NCBI GenBank assembly: GCA_040754175.1
Contig: JBFMFN010000013.1
Location: 29,156 to 93,155, forward strand
Length of the DNA: 64,000 nt
Source of the DNA: Pseudomonadota bacterium
Lineage (GTDB): Bacteria > Pseudomonadota > Gammaproteobacteria > Burkholderiales > Gallionellaceae
Direction: 5' to 3'
The notes beneath the pieces were generated by a model that saw only the letters and a list, made by a program, of their open reading frames with translations, did not search any database and was not told the DNA's origin. Below are positions 19,389 to 28,438 of the stretch, in pieces; position 1 is the first letter of the stretch; every line of letters begins with the position of its first letter. A program made the translations under genes and the position numbers.

Positions 19389-20434
19389 CCAGCAAAGCTG
19401 TCCCGACAATTCCCGAGGGCTATGCCGATTGGCTGGCCGATCTTAAAGGCCGTATCCATACCGCGCAGCAGCGCGCCACGCTGGCGGTCAACCGGGAGCT
19501 GGTGTTGTTGTACTGGCAAATCGGGCGCGACATTCTTGCCCGGCAAGCCCACCAGGGGTGGGGCGCGAAGGTGATTGATCGGCTGGCGCAGGATTTGCGC
19601 GCGGCCTTTCCCGAGATGAAGGGGTTTTCGCCGCGCAATCTCAAGTACATGCGCGCTTTTGCTGAGGCGTGGCCGGAGGCGGAATTTGTGCAAGGGGTGC
19701 TTGCACAATTGCCCTGGTATCACCAGTTGGCGTTGCTGGACAAGCTGGCCGATTCGGAATCCCGGCGCTGGTACGCTGCCAAGGCCATAGAGAACAACTG
19801 GTCGCGCAACATTCTGGTGATGCAAATCGAAACTCGTCTGCTGGAACGGAGCGGAACGGCGGTCACCAACTTCGAGGCCTGCCTGCCCAAGCCGCAGTCG
19901 GATCTGGCGCGCGAGTCGCTGAAAGATCCTTATCGTTTCGACTTTTTGGGCCTGTCCGAAGAAGCGCAAGAGCGTGAAATCGAAAATGCGCTGGTAAAGC
20001 ATGTCACCCAGTTTCTGCTGGAACTGGGCGCGGGCTTTGCGTTCGTCGGGAGGCAGGTGTTGCTGGATGTGGGCGGCGATGAGTTTTTCATCGACCTGCT
20101 GTTCTATCACCTGAAGCTGCGCTGTTATGTGGTGATCGAACTCAAGGCTGGCCAGTTCAGGCCCGAGCATCTGGGGCAACTGGGCTTTTACCTGACTGCC
20201 TTGGATCGCCAGGTCAAAGACAAGCACGACAATCCAACCATCGGCCTTTTGCTGTGCAGGAGCAAGAACAAGATCGTGGCCGAATATGCCTTGGGCGATA
20301 AGTCGCAACCCATGGGCATTGCCGAATACAAATTGCTTGAATCCCTGCCGCCGGAACTGCAAAGCAACCTGCCGAGCATCGAGGAGATCGAGGCGGGACT
20401 GCAACAGAACTTGGAGTCGTCCGACGATATGTAA
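19385..20434 (+). CDS. DUF1016/YhcG family PD-(D/E)XK nuclease-like protein
   Basis: VNRELVLLYWQIG, GFSPRNLKYMRAFA, LKDPYRFDFL, FIDLLFYH..YVVIELK, PTIGLLLC; ATGA overlap with hsdS. Confidence 0.9.
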   Translation: MTSKAVPTIPEGYADWLADLKGRIHTAQQRATLAVNRELVLLYWQIGRDILARQAHQGWGAKVIDRLAQDLRAAFPEMKGFSPRNLKYMRAFAEAWPEAEFVQGVLAQLPWYHQLALLDKLADSESRRWYAAKAIENNWSRNILVMQIETRLLERSGTAVTNFEACLPKPQSDLARESLKDPYRFDFLGLSEEAQEREIENALVKHVTQFLLELGAGFAFVGRQVLLDVGGDEFFIDLLFYHLKLRCYVVIELKAGQFRPEHLGQLGFYLTALDRQVKDKHDNPTIGLLLCRSKNKIVAEYALGDKSQPMGIAEYKLLESLPPELQSNLPSIEEIEAGLQQNLESSDDM

Positions 20435-20451
20435 GGGTACGCTTTGATGCG

Positions 20452-20491
20452 TTTATGCCTCATTTATGCCTCAATTTATGCATCAATGCCT
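20452..20491. repeat. Short tandem repeat upstream of hsdM
   Basis: TTTATGCCTCA x2 (20452-20473), TTTATGCATCA (20475-20485), partial ATGCCT. Confidence 0.7.
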
Positions 20492-20536
20492 GCCGCTAAT
20501 TTGAGCAACCAACTGGTTCCAAGGAAATAGAAATCA

Positions 20537-22015
20537 ATGAACGCAACCGCCACCATCGTTTCCAAAGTCTGGAGTTTCTGCACCACGTTGCGCGACGACG
20601 GGGTGGGTTACGGCGACTATCTGGAGCAACTCACCTACCTGATCTTTTTGAAGATGGCGGACGAGTACAGCCAAGCGCCCTACAACAGAAAGGTGGGCAT
20701 CCCCACCGAATACAACTGGCAAAGCCTGCGCGCCAAACGTGGCGCGGAGCTGGAGGTGCATTACGTGACGCTACTGCGCGAGCTGGGCAACAAGCCGGGC
20801 ATGCTGGGGCAGATATTTACCAAGGCGCAGAACAAGATTCAGGACCCGGCCAAGCTGTATCGCCTGATCGAGATGGTGAACGAAACGCAGTGGGTCACCA
20901 TGGGCGCGGATGTGAAGGGCGACATCTACGAGGGCTTGCTGGAGCGCAACGCGGAAGACACCAAGTCCGGCGCGGGGCAGTACTTCACGCCGCGCGCCTT
21001 GATTCGCGCCATGGTGGAGTGTGTGCGCCCCGAGCCGCTGAAGACCATTGCCGACCCGGCTTGCGGTACGGGCGGCTTCTTTCTGGCGGCATACGATTTT
21101 CTGGTGGATGCGCACAAGCTGGACAAGACGCAGAAGGACTTCCTCAAGCACAGCACATTTTTCGGCAACGAGATCGTGGCGGGAACGCGCCGCCTCGCGC
21201 TGATGAATATGTTTCTGCACAACATTGGCGAGATCGATGGCGAGGGTTCGATATCAAGCAACGATGCCTTGGTGGCTTCGTCGCCGCAGACCTACGACTA
21301 CGTGCTGGCGAATCCGCCTTTCGGCAAGAAGAGCTCAATGAGCTTCACCAATGAGGAAGGCGAGCAGGAGAAAGACGACCTGACCTACAACCGCCAGGAT
21401 TTCTGGGCGACCACCTCTAACAAGCAGCTCAACTTCGTGCAGCACATCCGCACCATGCTCAAGAGCACCGGGCGCGCCGCCGTGGTGGTGCCGGACAACG
21501 TGCTGTTTGAAGGCGGCGCCGGCGAAACGGTGCGCAAGAAGCTGCTGGAGACAACCGAGCTGCACACCATCCTGCGTCTGCCCACCGGCATCTTCTACGC
21601 CAACGGCGTGAAGGCGAATGTGCTGTTCTTCGACAACCGCGCCGCCAGCAAAGAGCCGTGGACGAAAGAGGTGTGGATCTACGATTACCGCACCAACATC
21701 CACCACACGCTGAAAAAGAAGCCGCTGCGCTTTGAGGATTTGCAAGAGTTCATTGATTGCTACCACCCGGCGAATCGTCATCAGCGCAAAGAAACATGGC
21801 ACGAGCAAAGCAATCCGGAAGGACGCTGGCGCAAATTTACTTACGAACAAATCATCGCGCGCGACAAGACCAGCCTGGATATTTTCTGGTTGAAGGACAA
21901 GAGCCTTGCCGATCTGGATAACCTGCCCGAGCCTGATGAGTTGGCGGACGAGATCATTCAGAATCTAGAGGCTGGGCTGGATAGTTTCAGGGCGGTGGCA
22001 GCGGCGCTGGAATAG
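20537..22015 (+). CDS. hsdM: Type I RM N6-adenine methyltransferase subunit M
   Basis: YLEQLTYLIFLK, GQYFTPR, ADPACGTGGF (motif I), ANPPFG (motif IV), LRLPTGIFYA. Confidence 0.94.
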   Translation: MNATATIVSKVWSFCTTLRDDGVGYGDYLEQLTYLIFLKMADEYSQAPYNRKVGIPTEYNWQSLRAKRGAELEVHYVTLLRELGNKPGMLGQIFTKAQNKIQDPAKLYRLIEMVNETQWVTMGADVKGDIYEGLLERNAEDTKSGAGQYFTPRALIRAMVECVRPEPLKTIADPACGTGGFFLAAYDFLVDAHKLDKTQKDFLKHSTFFGNEIVAGTRRLALMNMFLHNIGEIDGEGSISSNDALVASSPQTYDYVLANPPFGKKSSMSFTNEEGEQEKDDLTYNRQDFWATTSNKQLNFVQHIRTMLKSTGRAAVVVPDNVLFEGGAGETVRKKLLETTELHTILRLPTGIFYANGVKANVLFFDNRAASKEPWTKEVWIYDYRTNIHHTLKKKPLRFEDLQEFIDCYHPANRHQRKETWHEQSNPEGRWRKFTYEQIIARDKTSLDIFWLKDKSLADLDNLPEPDELADEIIQNLEAGLDSFRAVAAALE

Positions 22016-22054
22016 GCATCAAGATCGTACATAAATTGATTCGGAGAAACCATT

Positions 22055-22891
22055 ATGGCGAGAAAACGCAGCCAAGGCGCATTTGAATATTGGGTTGATC
22101 TAGTTGCGTTGTTGCCATGGTGGGTAGGTGTCGCGCTAGCCATCGTTTCCTATCTTTGGCTGCATTCCGTGGCAACAGCACCCATGCAGCAGTATCAGGC
22201 AGTGCCGGGTCAGATGGGGCAAATGCTGACGCAAAGTGTGTTTAAAGCTTTTGCCAGTGCCGGGCAGTATTTAGTGCCGCTTGTTTGTGGGGTAGGAGCG
22301 CTGGTATCTGCATGGAGACGGTGGCAACGGCAACAGTTGCTGCTGGATGCGGGGGCGAGTGATTCCGCAGCCGTGTTGAACGAAATATCGTGGCAGGAAT
22401 TCGAGATGCTGGTGGGTGAAGCATTCCGTCAGGGCGGATTTAGTGTGATCGAAACAGGCGGTGGTGGCGCCGATGGCGGGGTAGACCTTGTATTGAATAA
22501 GGATGGTGAAAAATATCTGGTTCAGTGCAAGCAGTGGAAAGCTTTCAAGGTTGGCGTATCGGTAGTCCGTGAGTTGTATGGCGTGATGGCCGCTTCAGGC
22601 GCTGTGGGCGGTTTTGTGGTGACCTCGGGTACGTTCTCGCCGGACGCAAAAGAGTTTGCGTCAGGGCGCAACATTGATTTGATCGATGGCACCGAGTTGC
22701 ACGAGATTATTAAACGCGTTCGGCCTGCAACGACTCATGAGCAGAAGATCTTGTCGATGACGGGCCAGCAGTGTCCGAAGTGCGGCAGCCTGATGGTGAT
22801 GCGTACTGCCAAGCAGGGTGCGAATGCGGGTAAGAGTTTCTGGGGTTGCAGCAATTACCCGCAGTGCCGAGGGATTGTTGCGATAGATTGA
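22055..22891 (+). CDS. Mrr-like restriction endonuclease with two N-terminal TM helices and a C-terminal topoisomerase-type zinc ribbon
   Basis: SWQEFEMLV, GGADGGVDL..YLVQCKQW, VTSGTFSPDA, LIDG; CPKCG..FWGCSNYPQCR. Confidence 0.85.
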   Translation: MARKRSQGAFEYWVDLVALLPWWVGVALAIVSYLWLHSVATAPMQQYQAVPGQMGQMLTQSVFKAFASAGQYLVPLVCGVGALVSAWRRWQRQQLLLDAGASDSAAVLNEISWQEFEMLVGEAFRQGGFSVIETGGGGADGGVDLVLNKDGEKYLVQCKQWKAFKVGVSVVRELYGVMAASGAVGGFVVTSGTFSPDAKEFASGRNIDLIDGTELHEIIKRVRPATTHEQKILSMTGQQCPKCGSLMVMRTAKQGANAGKSFWGCSNYPQCRGIVAID

Positions 22892-22910
22892 AGAATGATT
22901 ATGAAAAGCA

Positions 22911-22940
22911 AACGCCGCATCACTGCGGCGTTATCTTTTT
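22911..22940 (+). terminator. Intrinsic terminator closing the defence island
   Basis: AACGCCGCA-tcac-TGCGGCGTT then ATCTTTTT. Confidence 0.7.
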
Positions 22941-23156
22941 GTCGGCTGCTGGGGTGCCGATGCGTTCAGCCGGTCCGGCTGATCAAGTGTGCAACTCAGT
23001 TTTGGTGAACCTTCAGGGGATCGATAGCGGCCTCCCTTCTGCTTGTTGACCGGTGAAGGCGGTGCACTGCCTTCGGTTTCTTTATACACCTCTCGCGCGG
23101 TCTTTTTCAACTGAGCGTTTCGCTCATATTCGAGGCGATACGGGCAGGCGTGTGGA

Positions 23157-23615
23157 TTATTTCTGCATGGCCTGCTGGGCGCGCAGTTTGGCGTTGATGT
23201 AGTCGCCCTGAGCGATGTGCAGCAGGTCGGTCATGCGGCGCATCAGGTGGTTCTCGTGGGCGCTGAGGTGGCCGTCGGCGTAGGCGACTTGCCACATGTA
23301 TTCGACGATGCGGATCTTTTCTTCGCGCGACAGTTCGCGGTTGAGCAGCGAGGTGAACTGGTGCAGGTCGGTGGCTTGCTGCGCGGTCTGCTGGCCCTGC
23401 GTGGTGAGCTTGCGCACTTCGTCGTCGTTGAGCTGGAAGCGTTCCTTGAGGATGCGCAGCACGGTGTCGCGTTCGACCTCGCTGCTTTCGGCATCGGCGC
23501 GCATCACTTCCACCATCAGTACGGCGGTGGCGAGTTGCAGGGTGTGTTCGGGGCGCTGCGCATCGTTTGCGGGCGCGATCAGCGTCGAGAAGAATTCGTT
23601 CAGTTTGTTCAGCAT
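23157..23615 (-). CDS. TerB family protein
   Basis: LATAVLMVEVMRAD, EKIRIVEYMWQVAYADGHLSAHE pattern. Confidence 0.8.
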   Translation of the reverse strand: MLNKLNEFFSTLIAPANDAQRPEHTLQLATAVLMVEVMRADAESSEVERDTVLRILKERFQLNDDEVRKLTTQGQQTAQQATDLHQFTSLLNRELSREEKIRIVEYMWQVAYADGHLSAHENHLMRRMTDLLHIAQGDYINAKLRAQQAMQK

Positions 23616-23670
23616 GGTGTTACTCGCGGTTGACAGTTTGTCGCAGAGGATGGCGCCGCGTATCTATCTG

Positions 23671-23877
23671 TTAATAGTGCGGCGGGCGCTCGTTGGCGGG
23701 CGCGCCGCCTTCCCCGGCTTCGTTCATCGCGCGCAGTTGGCGTGCCAGCGCTTCGCAGATGGCTTCCAGGCGTTCGATCTGCTGCTGTTGCTGGTAGACG
23801 GTCTTGTTCAGTTCTTCGAGCTGGTCTTCGTGGAAGCTGATCTTGGTTTCCAGGTCGGTGAGTCGTTTTTCGTTCAT
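23671..23877 (-). CDS. slyX: SlyX family protein
   Basis: RLTDLETKISFHEDQLEELNKTVYQQQ...ERPPHY. Confidence 0.88.
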   Translation of the reverse strand: MNEKRLTDLETKISFHEDQLEELNKTVYQQQQQIERLEAICEALARQLRAMNEAGEGGAPANERPPHY

Positions 23878-23983
23878 GGTGTGTGCGGGGCAGGTGGGCC
23901 GGGGGCGCATTGTAGCGCGGCCGGGGCGGCGGCATTTTCGGTATCATGGCGCGGCTGTCGAACGACCCTGATAACTGTCCATC

Positions 23984-24544
23984 ATGCCCGTTGCGTTGAA
24001 TCGCTCTGCCCGCGCCATCGCCGCCCATCTCAGACGGGGCGGCGTGATCGCGTATCCCACCGAGTCCTGCTACGGTCTCGGCTGCGATCCGCGCAACCGG
24101 CGCGCGGTGCGGCGCATCCTGCGACTGAAGCAGCGACCGCAGAAGAAGGGGCTGATCCTGATCGCCTCCGCCTATCGCCAGGTCGCCCCCTATATCCAGC
24201 CGCTCACCGCGGCCGAGCAGCACACGCTGCAAGCCGATGGTGCGCGCGCCATCACTTACCTGATGCCGGTGAAGCCTTCCTGCCCGCGCTGGTTGCGCGG
24301 TATGCACGCCACGCTGGCGGTGCGCATGACCGCGCATCCGTTTGCGCAGGGACTGTGCCGCAGCGTGGATAGCGCACTGGTCTCCACCAGCGCCAACCGC
24401 AGCGGTATGCGCGCGGCCAAGACCTGGGCCGAGTGCCGGCGTATGTTCGGTCGCTCTGTGTGGGTATTGCGCGGACGCGTGGGCAAACGCAAGCGTCCCT
24501 CCACGATCAAGGCGTGGGGCGGTGATAGAATCGTGCGCCGATAA
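23984..24544 (+). CDS. tsaC: L-threonylcarbamoyladenylate synthase (Sua5/YrdC)
   Basis: GGVIAYPTESCYGLGCD, KQRPQKKGLILI, LVSTSAN. Confidence 0.88.
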   Translation: MPVALNRSARAIAAHLRRGGVIAYPTESCYGLGCDPRNRRAVRRILRLKQRPQKKGLILIASAYRQVAPYIQPLTAAEQHTLQADGARAITYLMPVKPSCPRWLRGMHATLAVRMTAHPFAQGLCRSVDSALVSTSANRSGMRAAKTWAECRRMFGRSVWVLRGRVGKRKRPSTIKAWGGDRIVRR

Positions 24545-24601
24545 TTTCAATAACCTGTCGTCCCTGCAGCGCAGGGCATGACCAAGTCATCTGGAGAGAG
24601 T

Positions 24602-25525
24602 ATGAGCAACGTCGATCCCAACGCCGTCAAAACCTATCTGCTGGATCTGCAAGACCGCATCGTCAAAGGCCTGGAAGCCATCGACGGCAAATCTTTCCTG
24701 CGCGACAAGTGGACGCGCGCCACCGGTTCCGGCGGCATCGGCAAGGGCGAGGGTATCAGTTGCATCATCGAGGAAGGCAATGTGCTGGAGCGCGGCGGCG
24801 TGGCGTTCTCGCATGTGCAGGGCGACAAGATGCCGGCTTCGGCCACGGCGCACCGCCCCGAGCTGGCCGGTTGTTCGTGGGAGGCGATGGGTGTTTCGCT
24901 GGTGATGCATCCGCGCAACCCGTATGCCCCGACCTCGCATGCCAACGTGCGCATGTTCATGGCGCACAAGCCGGACGGCGACAAGGTGTTCTGGTTCGGC
25001 GGCGGCATGGACCTCACGCCGTATTACGGTTTCGAGGAAGATGCCAAGCACTTCCATCAGGTGTGCAAGGATTCGCTGGCGCCGTTCGATCCGTCGCTGC
25101 ATCCGCGTTTCAAGAAGTGGTGCGACGAATACTTCTTCCTCAAGCATCGCAACGAACCGCGCGGTGTGGGCGGCATCTTCTTCGACGATCTGAACGCGCC
25201 GGACTTCGACACCTGCTTCGCCGTGCAGCGCAGCGTGGGCGACCATTACCTGAAGGCGTATGCGCCGTTGCTGGAGCAGCGCAAGGACATGCCCTACGGC
25301 GAGCGCGAGCGCGACTTCCAGTTGTATCGTCGCGGCCGCTATGTGGAGTTCAACCTGGTGATCGACCGCGGCACCATCTTCGGCTTGCAGTCGAACGGCC
25401 GCACCGAATCCATCCTGCTGTCCATGCCGCCGCTGGTGAAATGGCGCTACGACTGGCATCCGGAGAAGGGCACGCCGGAAGCCGAGTTGTACGACAAGTA
25501 TCTGGTGCTCAAGGACTGGGTGTAA
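24602..25525 (+). CDS. hemF: Oxygen-dependent coproporphyrinogen III oxidase
   Basis: [55 protein letters not shown]. Confidence 0.96.
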   Translation: MSNVDPNAVKTYLLDLQDRIVKGLEAIDGKSFLRDKWTRATGSGGIGKGEGISCIIEEGNVLERGGVAFSHVQGDKMPASATAHRPELAGCSWEAMGVSLVMHPRNPYAPTSHANVRMFMAHKPDGDKVFWFGGGMDLTPYYGFEEDAKHFHQVCKDSLAPFDPSLHPRFKKWCDEYFFLKHRNEPRGVGGIFFDDLNAPDFDTCFAVQRSVGDHYLKAYAPLLEQRKDMPYGERERDFQLYRRGRYVEFNLVIDRGTIFGLQSNGRTESILLSMPPLVKWRYDWHPEKGTPEAELYDKYLVLKDWV

Positions 25526-25559
25526 CACGCAGCCATCCCCAACCACTGGAAAGTGACCG

Positions 25560-26501
25560 ATGATCGTAAGAGGTAGGCCGTCCGGCCTCAGGTTGTTCCT
25601 GGTGCTGCGCGGTTCCGTGTTGCACCAGATATGGAAGGTCCTGCTGGTCAACATCGTGCTCGCCACCTTGGTGACCGTGAGCCATGGCGCGCTGTTCTCG
25701 CACAAGATCACCCTCACCGCGATCCCGTTCACGCTGATCGGTCTGGCGCTGGCCATCTTCCTCGGCTTCCGCAACAACGCGGCCTATGACCGTTATTGCG
25801 AAGGGCGCCAGCTGTGGGGCGAGATCGTATTGCAGGCACGCAACTTCGCGCGCCAGTGTCTGACCTTGATCGAGCATGCCGCACCGCTCACGCCGGATGC
25901 CGGACTGGACGATGTGCGCAAGCGGATGATCTATCGCACCATCGCCTTTTCTCATGCGTTGCGCCACTTGTTGCGCGACACCCCGGCGCGTGATCAGCTC
26001 AAGCCGCTGCTGGTCGAGCGCGAGTGGCAGCAACTCGGCCAGGTGTCCAACATCCCGGACTATCTGATGCACCGGATGGGCGACGATCTGCGCCAGTGTC
26101 TGGCTGAGCAGCGCATCGATGGCTGTCTCGCCGCGACCGTGGAAGGGACCATGTCGGCCATGACGGCGGCCGCCGCCGCGTGCGAGCGCATCAAGAGCAC
26201 GCCGATCCCGTTCTCCTACACGCTGATGTTGCACCGCACCGCCTATATGTATTGCTTCCTGCTGCCTTTCGGGCTGGTCGACACCATCGGTTTCATGACG
26301 CCGTTCGTGGTGGGCATCGTGGCCTATACCTTCTTCGGGCTGGATGCGCTGGGTGACGAGATCGAGGAGCCGTTCGGCAATCTGCCCAACGATCTGGCCC
26401 TGGATGCGATCTGTCGTGGCATCGAGATCAACCTGCGCGAAGCGGTCGGCGAGCAGCACGGACTGGAACCGCTCAAGCCGGTGGATTATTGCTTGATGTG
26501 A
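25560..26501 (+). CDS. Bacterial bestrophin family ion channel
   Basis: FLGFRNNAAYDRY.EGRQLWG, ACERIKSTPIPFSY, IEEPFG..NDLAL. Confidence 0.88.
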   Translation: MIVRGRPSGLRLFLVLRGSVLHQIWKVLLVNIVLATLVTVSHGALFSHKITLTAIPFTLIGLALAIFLGFRNNAAYDRYCEGRQLWGEIVLQARNFARQCLTLIEHAAPLTPDAGLDDVRKRMIYRTIAFSHALRHLLRDTPARDQLKPLLVEREWQQLGQVSNIPDYLMHRMGDDLRQCLAEQRIDGCLAATVEGTMSAMTAAAAACERIKSTPIPFSYTLMLHRTAYMYCFLLPFGLVDTIGFMTPFVVGIVAYTFFGLDALGDEIEEPFGNLPNDLALDAICRGIEINLREAVGEQHGLEPLKPVDYCLM

Positions 26502-26529
26502 CGCCTCAGCTGTATCGGGGCCAGAAATG

Positions 26530-26556
26530 ACAAGACCCGCCATCGGCGGGTCTTGT
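26530..26556. terminator. Hairpin between convergent bestrophin and MFS genes
   Basis: ACAAGACCCGCC-atc-GGCGGGTCTTGT, 12-bp stem, weak U tract. Confidence 0.55.
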
Positions 26557-26576
26557 GCTATGGGCAGCCGTTCTGT

Positions 26577-28229
26577 TCAACGGAACAGCAGCGCGGCTTT
26601 CTGTAGCGTGATCCACAGTCCCCACGCCAGCGGCAGGCCCACGGCCAGCCAGGCCAGCGCCACCTTCCAGTTGTGCGCGGCTTCGTGCGCCACGGCTTGC
26701 GCATCGGCCAGGAAGTGCTCGTGGGTGTCGTTCGCCTGTTTCTTCTCTTCGGCTTGTTCCTCTTCGCTCATGTGGTGACGCTCGTGCACCGCCTGGATCA
26801 TCCAGTTGCAGATGAAACCGGCCACCAGCAGGCCGGCCAGAATGTACATGGTGACGGTGTAGGCATCCGCGCGTGCCACGCCGTGGTCGAGCTGGTATTC
26901 GCGGATGTAGTTCACCAGCAGCGGGCCGAAGATGCCGGCCGCCGCCCAGGCGGTGAGCAGGCGGCCGTGGATGGCGCCGACCATCCTGGTGCCGAACAGG
27001 TCGGCCAGATAGGCGGGCACGGTGGCGAAGGCGCCGCCATACATGGACAGGATGATGCAGAAGAACGCCACGTACAGCGCCAGATGGTTGCCGGCGGCCA
27101 TGCTGGGGATGGAGGCATACAGCGCGCAGCCCAGCAGGAAGAAGATGGAATAGGTCATCTTGCGGCCCAGCTTGTCCGACAGCGAGGCCCAGAAGAAACG
27201 GCCGCCGATGTTGAACAGCGACAGCAGGCCGGTGAAGCCGGCGGCGATGGCGGCGATCTGGCCCTTCTGCGCGGCGTCCAGTTCATTGAAGGTGAGGTCG
27301 AGGCCGATCAGCTTGCCGGCGAACACTTCCTGCAACAGCGGCGAGGCCATGCCGATGATGCCGATGCCGGCGGTCACGTTCAGGCACAGCACGCTCCACA
27401 CCAGCCAGAACTGCGGCGTCTTCCATGCCACGTCCAGATGCACGTTGCGGTCGGTGACCATGCTTTTCTTCCTGGCTTCCTGCGGCGGTGTCCAGCCGGC
27501 GGGTTTCCAGTTGTCGGCCGGGATGCGGTAGCCCAGCGCGCCCGCCATCATGAACACGAAATAGATCAGCGCCATCACCACGAAGGTCTCCCACACGCCG
27601 ACGGAAACGGGGGTGGCGAAATACTTCATCAGCTTGTCGGCCAGCGGGGCGCCGATCATCGCGCCGCCGCCGAAGCCCATGATGGCCATGCCGGTGGCCA
27701 TGCCGCGCCGGTCGGGGAACCACTTCATCAGCGTGGACACGGGCGAGATGTAGCCCAGGCCGAGGCCGATGCCGCCGATCACGCCGGAACCCAGCCACAG
27801 CATCCAGATCTGGTGCAGGTACACGCCCAGCGCGGAGATCAGCAGGCCGCCGCTCCAGCAGAAGGTCGCCACCACGCCGGCGCGGCGCGGTCCCACGCGC
27901 TCCAGCCAGCCGCCCCAGAGGGCGGCCGAGAGGCCGAGGAACACGAAGAACAGTGTGTACATCCAGCCCAGCATGGAGATCTTCCAGTCGCAGGAGGTGC
28001 TCAACATCTGTGCGAAGAAGCCCATGTCGGCGCCGCAGGCGATGGATTCGTCGATGCCCACCGCCTTGGACAGCGGCAGCCAGAATACCGAGAAGCCATA
28101 GGCCATGCCGATGCACAGGTGGATGGCCAGCGCGGCGGGCGGCACCAGCCAGCGGTTGAAGCCCGGGCGGGCGATGATGCGGGCGCGGTCGAGGAAACCG
28201 GGCGCCTGTGCGGCTTGCGCGTGTTGCAT
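26577..28229 (-). CDS. OFA-family MFS transporter (oxalate/formate/monocarboxylate antiporter-like)
   Basis: PAALAIHLCIGMAYGFSVFW, GIGLGLGYISPVSTL..WFPDRRG, GRFFWASLSDKLGRK. Confidence 0.85.
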   Translation of the reverse strand: MQHAQAAQAPGFLDRARIIARPGFNRWLVPPAALAIHLCIGMAYGFSVFWLPLSKAVGIDESIACGADMGFFAQMLSTSCDWKISMLGWMYTLFFVFLGLSAALWGGWLERVGPRRAGVVATFCWSGGLLISALGVYLHQIWMLWLGSGVIGGIGLGLGYISPVSTLMKWFPDRRGMATGMAIMGFGGGAMIGAPLADKLMKYFATPVSVGVWETFVVMALIYFVFMMAGALGYRIPADNWKPAGWTPPQEARKKSMVTDRNVHLDVAWKTPQFWLVWSVLCLNVTAGIGIIGMASPLLQEVFAGKLIGLDLTFNELDAAQKGQIAAIAAGFTGLLSLFNIGGRFFWASLSDKLGRKMTYSIFFLLGCALYASIPSMAAGNHLALYVAFFCIILSMYGGAFATVPAYLADLFGTRMVGAIHGRLLTAWAAAGIFGPLLVNYIREYQLDHGVARADAYTVTMYILAGLLVAGFICNWMIQAVHERHHMSEEEQAEEKKQANDTHEHFLADAQAVAHEAAHNWKVALAWLAVGLPLAWGLWITLQKAALLFR

Positions 28230-28438
28230 GGGAGACACTCCTTGTCGATGGTGAAGCGGGCCGGCATCGGGCTGCGATAAAGACCGCGCGGCCGGCAAGG
28301 GCGCGCATTATCTTGCCAACCGGATGCCCAGGGCAAACATTGGCCCCCTATACGCCTACGCCAATCGGGGGATTGCCGGCGGGGCGGTGGGTGATGTTCC
28401 AATAGCGCCCGGGGAAAGTCAGTCAACAGGGGGAAGCG

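Larger units (their letters stand above)
12600..22940 (+). other. Defence island (Fic, RhuM-like, type I RM, DUF1016, Mrr-like); no integrase seen
   Basis: Seven co-oriented defence-type genes with AT-rich spacers and segments, lying between purD and the terB-slyX-tsaC-hemF block. Confidence 0.75.

Noticed and set aside
22950-23035. TPP riboswitch or 6S RNA resemblance (GGGGTGCC..GGCTGA..GAACCT)
   Set aside because: Lacks UGAGA, the P2 ACCC partner and the CUGAU..AAU..GCG..GGGA core; no thiamine gene follows and no 6S closing stem was found
23157-23877. terB-slyX as part of the defence island
   Set aside because: Opposite strand, host-like GC and codons, and beyond the island terminator; more likely resident genes
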